From Guillardia theta CCMP2712 (Eukaryota; Protista; Cryptophyta), in assembly GCF_000315625.1 (NCBI RefSeq), contig NW_005434610.1:389751-453750 (forward strand): 64,000 nucleotides of DNA. The letters are read 5' to 3'. Numbering within the stretch: position 1 is the stretch's first letter; the number at the start of each line of letters is the position of its first letter. Below, one piece after another: positions 28,835-39,300 of this stretch. The notes under the pieces were generated by a model, which saw only the letters and a program-made list of their open reading frames with translations, was not told the origin of the DNA and did no database searches. The position numbers were made by a program, and so were the translations under genes.

Positions 28835-31119
28835 ATGGTATCAAACAGGGTAGATCATCATCCGCAGAGCGATTCTTCAGAAATGGCGGTAGCAAAGCGC
28901 CGGAGGCAACTTAGGCAAGGCTTCAGATCCAGCCATCAATGCCTCTCGACCTCGCTCTTGGTGCTCTGCGTCCTGTGTCTCCCTCAGGTCAGGGCCCAGC
29001 AGAAGATCTACTTTGGAGTGAACGCTCTCTGCACCAGCGACCAGAACTGCACCGCCGTTGCAGGGCTCAAGTGTCTTCCGTACAGGTATCGAGACAATGA
29101 CTACCAGGTCTGCCGGTGTCAGAACGAGAGCAGGGCAGGGATCAACTGCGTGCGAGACTGCCCGACGACCAACGGGAACCTGCCCATCTGCAACGCCCGG
29201 GGGGAGTGCAACTATCAGACGGCTATCTGTGCCTGCAACAACGGCTGGCAGGGTCAGAACTGCACCGCTGAGTGCCCTGGGGGCGAAGCCTCGCCGTGCT
29301 CAAGGCAGGGCGACTGCATGCCGTCGGGGGTAAACGGAGCTGTTTGCGCGTGCTACCCGGGCTTCCGGGGAGGCGATTGCTCGATCGAGTGCATCGGAGG
29401 AAGCAGCTCTCCTTGCCTGAACCATGGCTTCTGCGAGGCCGACGGGTCGTGCTCCTGTTACGGAGGATGGCGAGGTGCTGACTGCAGCATCGCTTGCCCT
29501 GGCGGCAGCGTGACTCCATGCAACGGACATGGTCTCTGCGAGGTTGACGCGACCTGCTCTTGCTCCACCCTGTACCGGGGGACAGACTGTTGCTTCCGAT
29601 GCCCGGACTACTTGGGGGTTGCGTGTGGAGGTGTGTAGGCAGTGACCTTGTTGTTTGCGAATTCTGAAATGTCGATTTCAAGGTCGTGGGTTCTGCCAGG
29701 TGCCCACGGGGGCAGTTTGCAACCAGGCCAGGCTCGACTCCAACATTGCCAAGTGCATCTGCAACAACGGTTTCCGTGGGGACAACTGTATGATAGAGTG
29801 CAAGGGAGGGTCGTCCAACCCTTGCTCGGGGCACGGGACATGTGGAGCCGATGGCTCCTGCACCTGCACTCTAGGATGGACAGGCTCTGCATGCGAGAAC
29901 GCCTGTCCAGGTCAAGATCTCCCGTGCTCAGGGCATGGGACTTGTGTAGGGATTAATGTCACTGGCTGCTCCGTGGGGTGCTATCAAGTCAGCCCTACCT
30001 CCCCTCCCCTTTGCAACTGCCAGGCTGGAATTCAGGGCAAAATCTCCTACTACTATGGAGCTGATTGTTCACAGCCAGGCAAGTTGACGACGTTCACCTC
30101 GTCCCATCAGCATTCACGTTCGATGACGCTCAAGTGCAGGGTACAACACGCTATCGATGCCGAGCCTCATCTCCTCCTCTTCTCCCAGCGTCACCGTCAC
30201 GTTCCGCGTGTCAGGAGCCACAAGGTCTTCCTTCGACTCAGTCCGACAGACCGTCTTCATCCGTGTGCTCGCCACCACCGTCGCCTCCTCGGCTGCCAAC
30301 ATCTCGCTGGTGTCTTTGCAGGTATGAGGTGCCATGGCGGGAGAGCACAGGGTGCTGAGGTCTGCCCAGGACGTGAAGCCTGCGGACTTTACTTTTGATG
30401 GCTCGAGCACCTTCACTTCAGGGGTTGGGGTGCAAACCAGTCAGATCCAGACTCCTTCGACCTTGACAAGCACGCCAACCATCCTTATCTCCCTGCAGCT
30501 GGCCGTAGTTGACAACCCGGCAGCAGACACCATGGTGAAGACGGTGAGGCAGGGTCGATCGTCCCCTGCTACCAGTAACGGCCCTCGTTCCCAGCTGAAG
30601 ACTGTCGTCAAGGACGGGATCCTGGAGAAGGCGATGCACGACGAAGGCCTGACAGGTAGTAGCGGCTCAACTCCTCCTTGAACGAGGTCCGATGACCCTC
30701 CTTGTACAGGCATCACGCTGACTCTCGATGGAGTGATACCTTCCTTTTCCATGAGTCCATCGCCATGACTGCCTTGAGCAGGAGCCCGTCGCCCGAACTA
30801 CCGTCACTAACGTCATATTCCGCCCATCGCCCAAGCTCCTGGCTGTGATAGCCCCGGTCAGACCTTGCCAACAATCCTTGAAGTCTCCTCGCCTCGCCTC
30901 CTGACAGCAGTGCATGCAGATGCTGCTGTTCGGGGTGGTCGGCCTCTCCATCGGCCTCGTGGGCTTCCTGGTTCAGAGGAAGAAGCACATGGAGGCAACT
31001 ACATCTTTCCTTCCATCCTGCTTCCCTCACTGACGTCTTGCCGTTGACCGCAGGAGAAGAAGATGGTAGACATGTACATCAAGAGAATCGCTTCCTCGGC
31101 ATCACAGCCAGGGCAGTAG
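28835..31119 (+). CDS. Type I membrane protein with tenascin-like EGF repeats, a SEA-like module, one TM and a short tail
   Basis: Signal-like LSTSLLVLCVLCLPQVRA; repeated CPGG..PC.GHG.C...G.C.C..GWRG.DC; later exons give GYNTLSMP...VTVTFRVSGATRSSFDSVRQTVFIRVL; TM MLLFGVVGLSIGLVGFLV followed by QRKKH; stop at 31119. Confidence 0.85.
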
Positions 31120-31613
31120 ACCGTCAGAGTTGGTTCAGTTTAGCCTTGTACGGCGATTCCCGTGGAATTCCTACTCGTTCCTTCCCATGGCTCGTTTGCA
31201 GCCTGATCCTCGCCAGTTGTACCCTGATAGTTTAATCCACACGCGGTGGCTTCCGTGTTTGTGAAAACGCTCTTTCATCCTTGCTGCCTCGTTTGCTGCC
31301 TCGTTGGCTGCCCGTTGGCCTCCTAGTCCGACCAGGTCGGGTGATCTCAATGGAACGGCTGGATGACTAGTGCGCTGAGTAGCTGTGGAGCACTGATCAA
31401 GGAACGAATGGCACGAGTCAAGGTGTGTTCGAACAAGGAAGAGACTTTGAAGGGGAGCAGATGCTTGAGCAAAGATGGAGGGAAGGAAAAAGGTTGAGAT
31501 ATCATCGGCATCGTTATGAAGAAAGAAACTGTTTACTATTGTTGTTCTCCAACGTGAACAGAGAAAGCTTTCGCCCAGAATAAGATGCAAGCACAACAGA
31601 GAAGAACCTGACA

Positions 31614-34600
31614 TCATTCTCCTCTTGTGTTTCGATAGTCGACGTACCGCCTGTGCCCCTGACTGTGCATGGCCCAGGCCTTGTAGTCCTTGAGCGACAA
31701 CTGCAGCTCGCACACGTGCAAGTTCACACCCAGTCGACGAGTCTCTTCGTTGTCAAGACGGACGTTGAGACATAGGTCACGGTACGCTCCTGACTGCTGC
31801 GACGTGAACTGGGGATCGAAACGATTTTTGACGCGCAGGATCACAAGCTCTTCGTCCTCGCAGATCCCTTGGAAGCATCTCGAGATGTCCTCGATGCTCT
31901 CGAACACGATGCATTGCCGCACCACGTCCAGCAGCCGCCAAACTTCCCCCCTGTACGACCTGCACAGCTTCTCGATCGCCCGATCGAAGCCCTTGAGCCT
32001 CGCCCAGCCGGGTCGATGCTGCGTGTCCTCTCCCTCGTACCTCACCCACCTGACCTCCCTTGGCCCCTCCTCCTCCTTCTCCTCCTCCTCCTCCTTCTCC
32101 TTCTCCTCCTCCTCCTGCACTAGCCCCCCCCACTTCTTGAGCAGCTCCTTCACCTTGCGCAGGTAGGGCAGCTCAAGCAGCATGGCCTGATTGTAGAGCT
32201 GATCCAGACATGCGATCTTGCTCGTGTCATGTCGCACGACCCAGTCGAACCCTGAGGGGCTCTGCCCCTGGTCCCTCCCTTGGAACTGATAGATGACTCC
32301 CTTGCGCCAGGCCTCGGGCCCGGCATCTACCATCGCCTTGAGCCTCATGACTTGCTCCATGGTCTCTCGATTGGTCGTCAGCGCTTGCCAGACCTCGTCG
32401 TAATGCTTCACGTCGTCCTCGATCCCCCGCCGTGCTCGATGGATCGCCATCCTCCGCAGCAGCAGCACACCCAGCCAGCAAAGAATCAGGATGGATCCGC
32501 TGATGGGAACCTGAAAGCCTCTTCTGCCAAACACATAGGAATAGTGGAAGTTGATGGCAAAGTAGTTCATCAGTGCATTGACAGGAAGAAACGAAAAGAA
32601 CTTCTCCTCCCAGAATACCAGGAGCAGTCCGGTGACCAACGCTGCAAAACCCTGAAAGAACCAGAACAGGATGTCGATCGCCAAGCCATTGATCGCACTG
32701 CAGATTCCAGTAGCGATCTCGAAAAAGGCAGGCACAGAAAAACACATGGAAAAGATCACAACGCCCGTACGGGGCCACCCGAGGAAGCTCGCCAAGGCAC
32801 CACCGAGGCAGGCAAACATCACCGGGAAGAGGTAGAAGATGGTGCCAACAGCTTGATAGAGGGGCGGGACCAGCGAAATCACGTTCTCAGCTCCTCGCTT
32901 TAGGGTCGTTGGGTACGGCTCCTCCCATAAGGGAATGCAGGCGGTGCTGTAAAGGTCCCACTTGCATCGGGTGCCTGCTTTCAGAATCCAGCTGGAGTCT
33001 TGGAGCTCCCACGGGCTCTCTGTTGAGGTCGAGGTGACCTCCAGCTGGAAGCGGACGGGGTCACCTCCCTGGGTGCCGGGACGACTGTCGGTAATGAAGT
33101 AGAAGGCGTTTGCGGCTTCGAGAGTCTTGAAGGAGAAGTAGAAGTCGTTTCCCACCTCCACTCCCTCCACCGGCGAAGAGACCTTACATCCGTCCAAGAT
33201 CCACCCGAGCTGTAGCGAGTAGTTCCCCCCGGCTGGTAGCGCAGCCTCCCGCCATTGCACAACCTTCATCCTGGCTGCATGTACATGGAACACCTGTCGA
33301 CCAGTGAATTCATACCAGATCCCTCCGGGCCCGAACGTGTAGATTAGATAAAAGGTGCCGCCAGCCAGCAGCAGCACCTTGAACCAGGTCTTCTGGATCG
33401 CCAACGTGCACGGGATAGATGTGAAGAGCACGCTGGCTGTCCCGGCCTTCTTGACTGCGAGTCGCAGCTCCTGGAGCCTCGCCCCGAGAGTATCGCCAGC
33501 AAACAGACATCTTTGTCTCAGCAAGTCCTTCTGCCTTCGTGTCTCAGTCATGGAGTGAGCGGCAGACCGGTAGAGTGAATTCAAAGACCCGACCTCCTTG
33601 CCCATATCGCTAATCTTGTCCACCACGACCCTTGAAAGTTTACGAATCCTATCAGGACTCAGCATGCAAAACCAGGCAAGCGGGTCAAGCTTCGACATGA
33701 ACAAGGAGCATCTCGCACGCAAGTCGATCTGGTGGATGCGCCGGTAAGTCTTCAAGTCTTCCAACATGCTCGGGGTTGCCGCAGCTTGCAGACGGGCCAG
33801 GACCAGTCGAAGTTCACAGACGAACGCGCACGTGCCGTAGAATCGCGATTGCTCTGTGACCAACCTTACCTTTAGACAAACATCCCTGACCTGTCCCAAG
33901 TGTCTGCTGTCATCCCCCACAGCGAGTCTGTTCGTGAGGCTCACAATCACAACCTCGCGATCCCTTGACAACACTTGCAAACAGTCTGTGATGTCTTGTA
34001 TCCGCTCGAAGACGATGCTCTGCCGCACCAGATCCGTGTGTCTTGCAACAGCTCCATGGTACTTTCGTAGGATCTTTTCATAGCTTGCCTCGAAGCTCTT
34101 CATGGGAGTCTCATGGAAACGAGCGGTAGACCCATGCGAGTTCTGTAGTTCTTCCACGATGACCACCAACTTATCAACAAACACTTTCTGCATCGTCACT
34201 CCCTGGGCGTACAGTTGGTCAAAACTAGTGATGTCGTTTGTTTCAGACAGCGTCACACTTGCAAACGAGGTGAAAGCTCCAAATGAAGCATGCGTAGAAG
34301 AAGAGCGAGTTCTTTTCAGCGCTGAAAATGATTCCAGGGTTCGAATCCTTTCCACGTCTGTCTTTACATCCCCTTCGCTTGTTTGAATGTACGCCAGGCG
34401 AAATTGCCGCAAGTTTGTTGGCTTCTTTGCGCTGTTACAAAAGGCTTCTGCCATTTCGACTAGCACTCTCAACTTTGAGTCGTCTTCTTGCGATAGAATG
34501 TCCTCCCAGACCTGATCCAGCTCGGCCTGGTGCTTCACTGCAGACTTGCGGGAGCAAGTCCTGAGGTACTCACGGATTGCCATCAGGACAAGGAAGAAGA

Positions 34601-35874
34601 GCAGGGCGACCAGTCTGACGTATGCTCCGCTTGATCTCAGCGCAACCTGCATCCCAAACAGAATCGCCGATGACACCGCCCCAAGCTCCAACACCAGGCA
34701 CTCGTGAATCATCAGAGGGCAAGGGAAGAGCAGCAGGATCTGGAGCAAACAGACTCAGAAGAAGGAGAGGAAGAGACGAGAAGAACCGTGAGGCTCTCGA
34801 TCAGCGCCGCATACCCCACATCTAGGTTGCAGCTGCCCACCGTGACGATGAAGTTGGAGATGCCAACAATAGCTGCGAGGAAATATCCCAAGAACAGCAT
34901 CTGCCATCATCCCGTCACTCGAATGTGAGTAGGAAGTTTACAAGCACACTTGCCTGTACCGATGCGTCAAACTTGCCCCAATATGCGCATGCTCCAAGGA
35001 ACAAGAGCCCGGACGCTTTCAAGAATCGCTCCACGACTCTTGCGTAGGCAGGCCATCGGCATGTGAGGTCATTCCATTCGAACTTGACGATTTGGTTGCG
35101 TTGAAACGGAGCCAACATCCTCGAGAAGTCACTCTCAGCCACGTCTTGACCTACAGGGACGGGAACCACTCGATCCAACGACAGCATGGACGGCATCACG
35201 TAGACTTTCCAGTGCTCGCCATCACCGGAGGACTCGAGCGTGAACTCGACGGGGTCAAACTCACTACTTGCGTTGGACGTCAGGATGTACCAGCCGTCGA
35301 AAGAGAGCGGAGCATCTGACTTGAGAGTCACGGAAGCTCCTCGCCTCTCGTCGACATACAAGTAACCCCCAGCATTGGCGTCTCCCTGCGGATACCTCGG
35401 AATCAAACAATCCCCTTGCAGCACTCCGAAGGACTGTAACCCAGGAGATAATATGGCAGATCCTTTCAGTCCATTCCGAAGCCTTCTTGCTGTGAAGCGA
35501 AAGAGGCGAGAGCCTCCTTGTGACTGATCTAAGCTCGCAAGCGACCATACCGCTGACTCAAAGGGTGGCGCAAAGAGAAGAAGCACAGCAATGACAACCA
35601 GAAGCGCTTGGAAGATCCTCACGGACAGAAACCAGGTGAGGGGATGAGAGGAGCAGAGAACTTCGAAGCTCTTGTGCGAGAAGATCTTTGACCGAGCTTC
35701 TTCAAGACTGTCCTGTAGTCTATGACCCTGCATCTGACTGCTTTCCACCAGATAGTCGAGCCATGCATGAGGAATTTGTTCTGCCGGATCTGGCTGAGAG
35801 CAGCTGATGTTGCTCTGAGGTAATATCTCCTGACCTTCATCCTCTGCTGCAAGAATCTCCGTCTCAGCCGCCAT
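31614..35874 (-). CDS. Tandem-module 12-TM protein: 2x[TM + discoidin/F5-8-like ectodomain + 5TM + RelA/SpoT-type synthetase-like domain], ~1386 aa
   Basis: Exons 35874-34954, 34900-34787 and 34739-31614, joined in frame by a GC-AG intron (34901-34953) and a GT-AG intron (34740-34786). The C-terminal domain has RLKGFDRAIEK, LLDVVR, VKNRF, SGAYRD, CELQL and GHRRY. Ectodomains contain DGWYILTSNASSEFDPVEFTLESSGDGEHW and NAFYFITDSRPGTQGGDPVRFQLEV. Confidence 0.85.
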
Positions 35875-36152
35875 GCGCTCCCTTCATCGCAGTGCGCTCC
35901 GAGAAGGAGGGTATGTACTACAAAATACGTAATGTGAAGATGCTCCTATTTGTCCCTTCTAGTTAACTAATAAATAAGACGACCAGCATATTCAGTTTTA
36001 CTCAACATTAAGTAATTATTTGGAGCGGGCCCAGTGGCCCGCCGACCGGGACCCGGTGTGAGTCATATTTATTGCGTAACGGTTGGTAACGGGTAGTCAA
36101 TGAATGTGAGGAGACAGTGAGGGGAGGTCGAGGAAAGAGGAGGACAGGAGAG

Positions 36153-36300
36153 GTAGAGGAAAGAGAGGGAGAGGAGGGGTAGAGGAAAGAGAGGGAGAGG
36201 AGAGGTAGAGGAAAGAGAGGGAGAGGAGGGGTAGAGGAAAGAGAGGGAGAGGAGAGGTAGAGGAAAGAGAGGGAGAGGAGAGGTAGAGGAAAGAGAGGGA
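36153..36300. repeat. 26-bp purine-rich minisatellite (GTAGAGGAAAGAGAGGGAGAGGAGRG) x ~6 in a divergent promoter region
   Basis: GT starts at 36153, 36179, 36205, 36231, 36257 and 36283. Confidence 0.9.
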
Positions 36301-36377
36301 CGGAATTAATTTTCCAACCCCTTATAAGAAACCAAATCATGTCTTACTGATCTTCTTATTGCAGCTCTTCCCCTCCC

Positions 36378-39300
36378 ATGGCTTCGCACAATGGTAGTAG
36401 GGACTATGCTGTTGATATTCGCAGCTGTTCTCAAACCCTTGTCTCTACTCCTTGACAGGTGAGCCGGTGAAGAAGAACTCCAAGTTCTATGACCGCTATG
36501 AGCTCCATGGCAAGGTGCGTGTAGCCTCTTGGGACGGGGGTTTTGCAAAACAAGACTGAAACCCTTTTGCAGACTTTTGCCCCGTCGTTCGTTGGGTTCT
36601 GCAAGAACTGCGAGAAAGCGGGGAGGTCGCACTTCGGCAACCAGAAGCTGTGTCAGATGTCCTTCCGTGTCGTATACATGGTCAAGAAACAGGTCCCCGA
36701 GGCCAGCGACGTTGAGTGCTGTCAAGTGACAGAAGGACTTCAGGCCGTCCCCAAGATGATGTACGTCGACCGCGAGCATGCACTCGTCTACATCCAAGCC
36801 CCAACAGCATCGCAGGACACCAAGGTGATCAAGATCAGGTGCCTCGCCCCCCCCTGCAGCCTCGCTCCTCCTCACCCGCTCTTGCGGCAGCTGCCCGGAT
36901 GTTGTGAAGATCCGCTTTCGAGGTGAGACCAGCCGTCGCTGGCTGCCTCCCTCTCTTATGCTCCTTGCAAGAGCACAACATCAACAAGATGTTCATGAAG
37001 CTGGGAGACTACAAGGCCCCCTGCGAAGTGTGGTTCAGCAGCGAAGACGACTCTCAACTCTACCTTGCTTACATCAGGCAGTTTCTGAGTAGCAGAGCTG
37101 TTGGGATTGAGCACTTGTCTCTCGCCGTCACCATCACAGGCAACACGGGCTGCGAGGTCAGCAGGAGGGAGAGGAGGGAGGGAGGAGCGGAACAGACGCG
37201 AGGCAGGAGGGGGTGGAAGGGGGTAAGAGATGGGGAAGGAGGATGGGAGGAGTTGCGGGTGGGGAGGGGGAGAAGGAGGTGCGAGGAGAAAGGAAGGAGA
37301 GTGTGTTCACTGGCCTTTTAGAAAGTCAAGCATGCAATCGGCAAGCCGGTACCCATCACGTTGCTCCCTACCCTCATCCCGCACACCGAGCTTGAGGTCT
37401 ACAACTTGGAGCTGAAGGTGGTGGTGGAGAGAGGAGGGGGAGGCTGCAGTGCTGACAGAGTTTCGAGCCCCCGAGCAACGCTCTGCTCATGCCGCATTAC
37501 GCCATGTCTCCTTCCTACTCGCCCCAGCAGGTGAGAGGTGGATGATGGAGGGGGAGTGGACTGGGAGCACGGAGTAGACGAGGAGGATGAATGGAGGGAT
37601 GCTCGGTTGTGAGAACGTGTGCTGGAGAGTGTCAAGGAGAGGACGCGAGAAGGGGAAAGGGAGGAGGGAGGAGCAGGTATCCGGATCTTTCCCTGAAACC
37701 TGCATAGATTCAGCATGTGAAGAAGAGGGATATCCTCGTGACGGGGGAGGTAGCGCGAGCGCGAGCAGAGGAGTTCATCAGGAAGCAGCATCTGATGGAA
37801 GAGCAAGAGCTGAGCGACGGGGAGGAGGAGGAGGATCGATCCGTATCCATGGTCAAGGGGGAGACGGCGTCCCGCGGCGCGGACGGAAAAGCATAAGGAG
37901 CATGAGGAGCACAGAGGCCCAGCCGGTCTTCCTCCTTGAGAAGACGGCCCAGGACTGGAAGCTGAGCAACTTCTCCTCGGAGGAGCTGGCGAAGGCCAGG
38001 AACATGCTGACACGGGAGGTCGACCTGCTCCTAGATCAGCAGCACGGTCAGGTGGAGGTGGGGGAGAGAGCGAGGTCGGTGAGGTCAGCAAGGAGCACGA
38101 GTCACGCGTACCAGAAGGCGCTGAACAGTCTCACCCTCAATATGTGAGGCTCCTCCTGTCCTCTTGTTCCTCTGCTCTGCTCTGCTCTCGTCCCCTCGTG
38201 TTCTTTCTTCTGGTCCCTCCTCCTCCTCTCTTTCTACTGCTGCTTCCTTCGTTTTCTTCTCTTCTGTTGCCCTTGCACCTTACACTCCTCCGTTGCCTCC
38301 CCCAGCTCCTTCTTCTCCCTGCTCCTGCTCCTGCTCCTGCCCCTGCCCCTGCTCCTGCTCCTTTTCTGCTTCAGCTTCAGCTTCTGCTGCTCCTGCTCCT
38401 CCTGACTGCCCCGCAGTCAGTACGACAGGTGGATCGAGGTGCAGCAGCCGAAGCAGCTTGAAATTCCCACGGACGGCTTCTCTGTCGAGCAGCATCTACG
38501 AGCCTACAAGAAGCTTCGAGGCCTCCCAATGGAGGCTGGGCTGACCCATGAGCAGGTCAACATCCTCCCTTCAGATCTCCCTCCTCTTCACCCCGCATGC
38601 TCCCTTTCATCCCCTCCCCCCTCCGTCCTCCTCCGTCCTCCTCCGTCCTCCTCCGTCCTCCTCCGTCCTCCTCCGTCCTCCTCCGTCCTCTTCCGTCCTC
38701 CTCTGTCCTCCTCCGTCCTCCTCCGTCCTCCTCCGTCCTCCTCCTTGTCTGCGTCTTGTCCTTGTACTTGCCCTCTATTCCTCAGGTGTGACACTTGTCT
38801 CTCCGTCGTCTCTCCTTTCCCGAGCTCATCATAGCTCCTCATGCCTCGTCCTCGCCTCTCCTCCTGCTCGTCGCCGATGATCATTCTTCTCCTCTGATCC
38901 TTCTCGCAGACTGCCGACGCCATTGAGAAGAAGTGTGCTTTCATCGAGTTCAGCAATCAACTAAGTGAGATCGAGGCGATAAAAGAGCAAGAGAAGGAGC
39001 TGCGACAGGTTTCATCCTCCTGTTCTCCCTTATTCTTCTCCCCTCCCCTCTCATTCTTCTCCCCTCCTTCCCCCCCCCCTTCCCTTCCCCACTCTCTACT
39101 TCTCCTCTGATCTCCACAGTCCCCTCCACTCTCTCGCGCTCCTTCTCCCCTCTTCTCCTTTCTCGTCTCGCCGTTTTCTCTTGCTCCCCTTCTCGACCTT
39201 TCCGCCTCCCCTCCCTTCTCCTCCCCTCACGCTCCCTCCCCTCCTCCACCACTGACCGTCAGAGCAGGAGATGTTCGGGGAGTTCATCAAGGGGTTGGGA

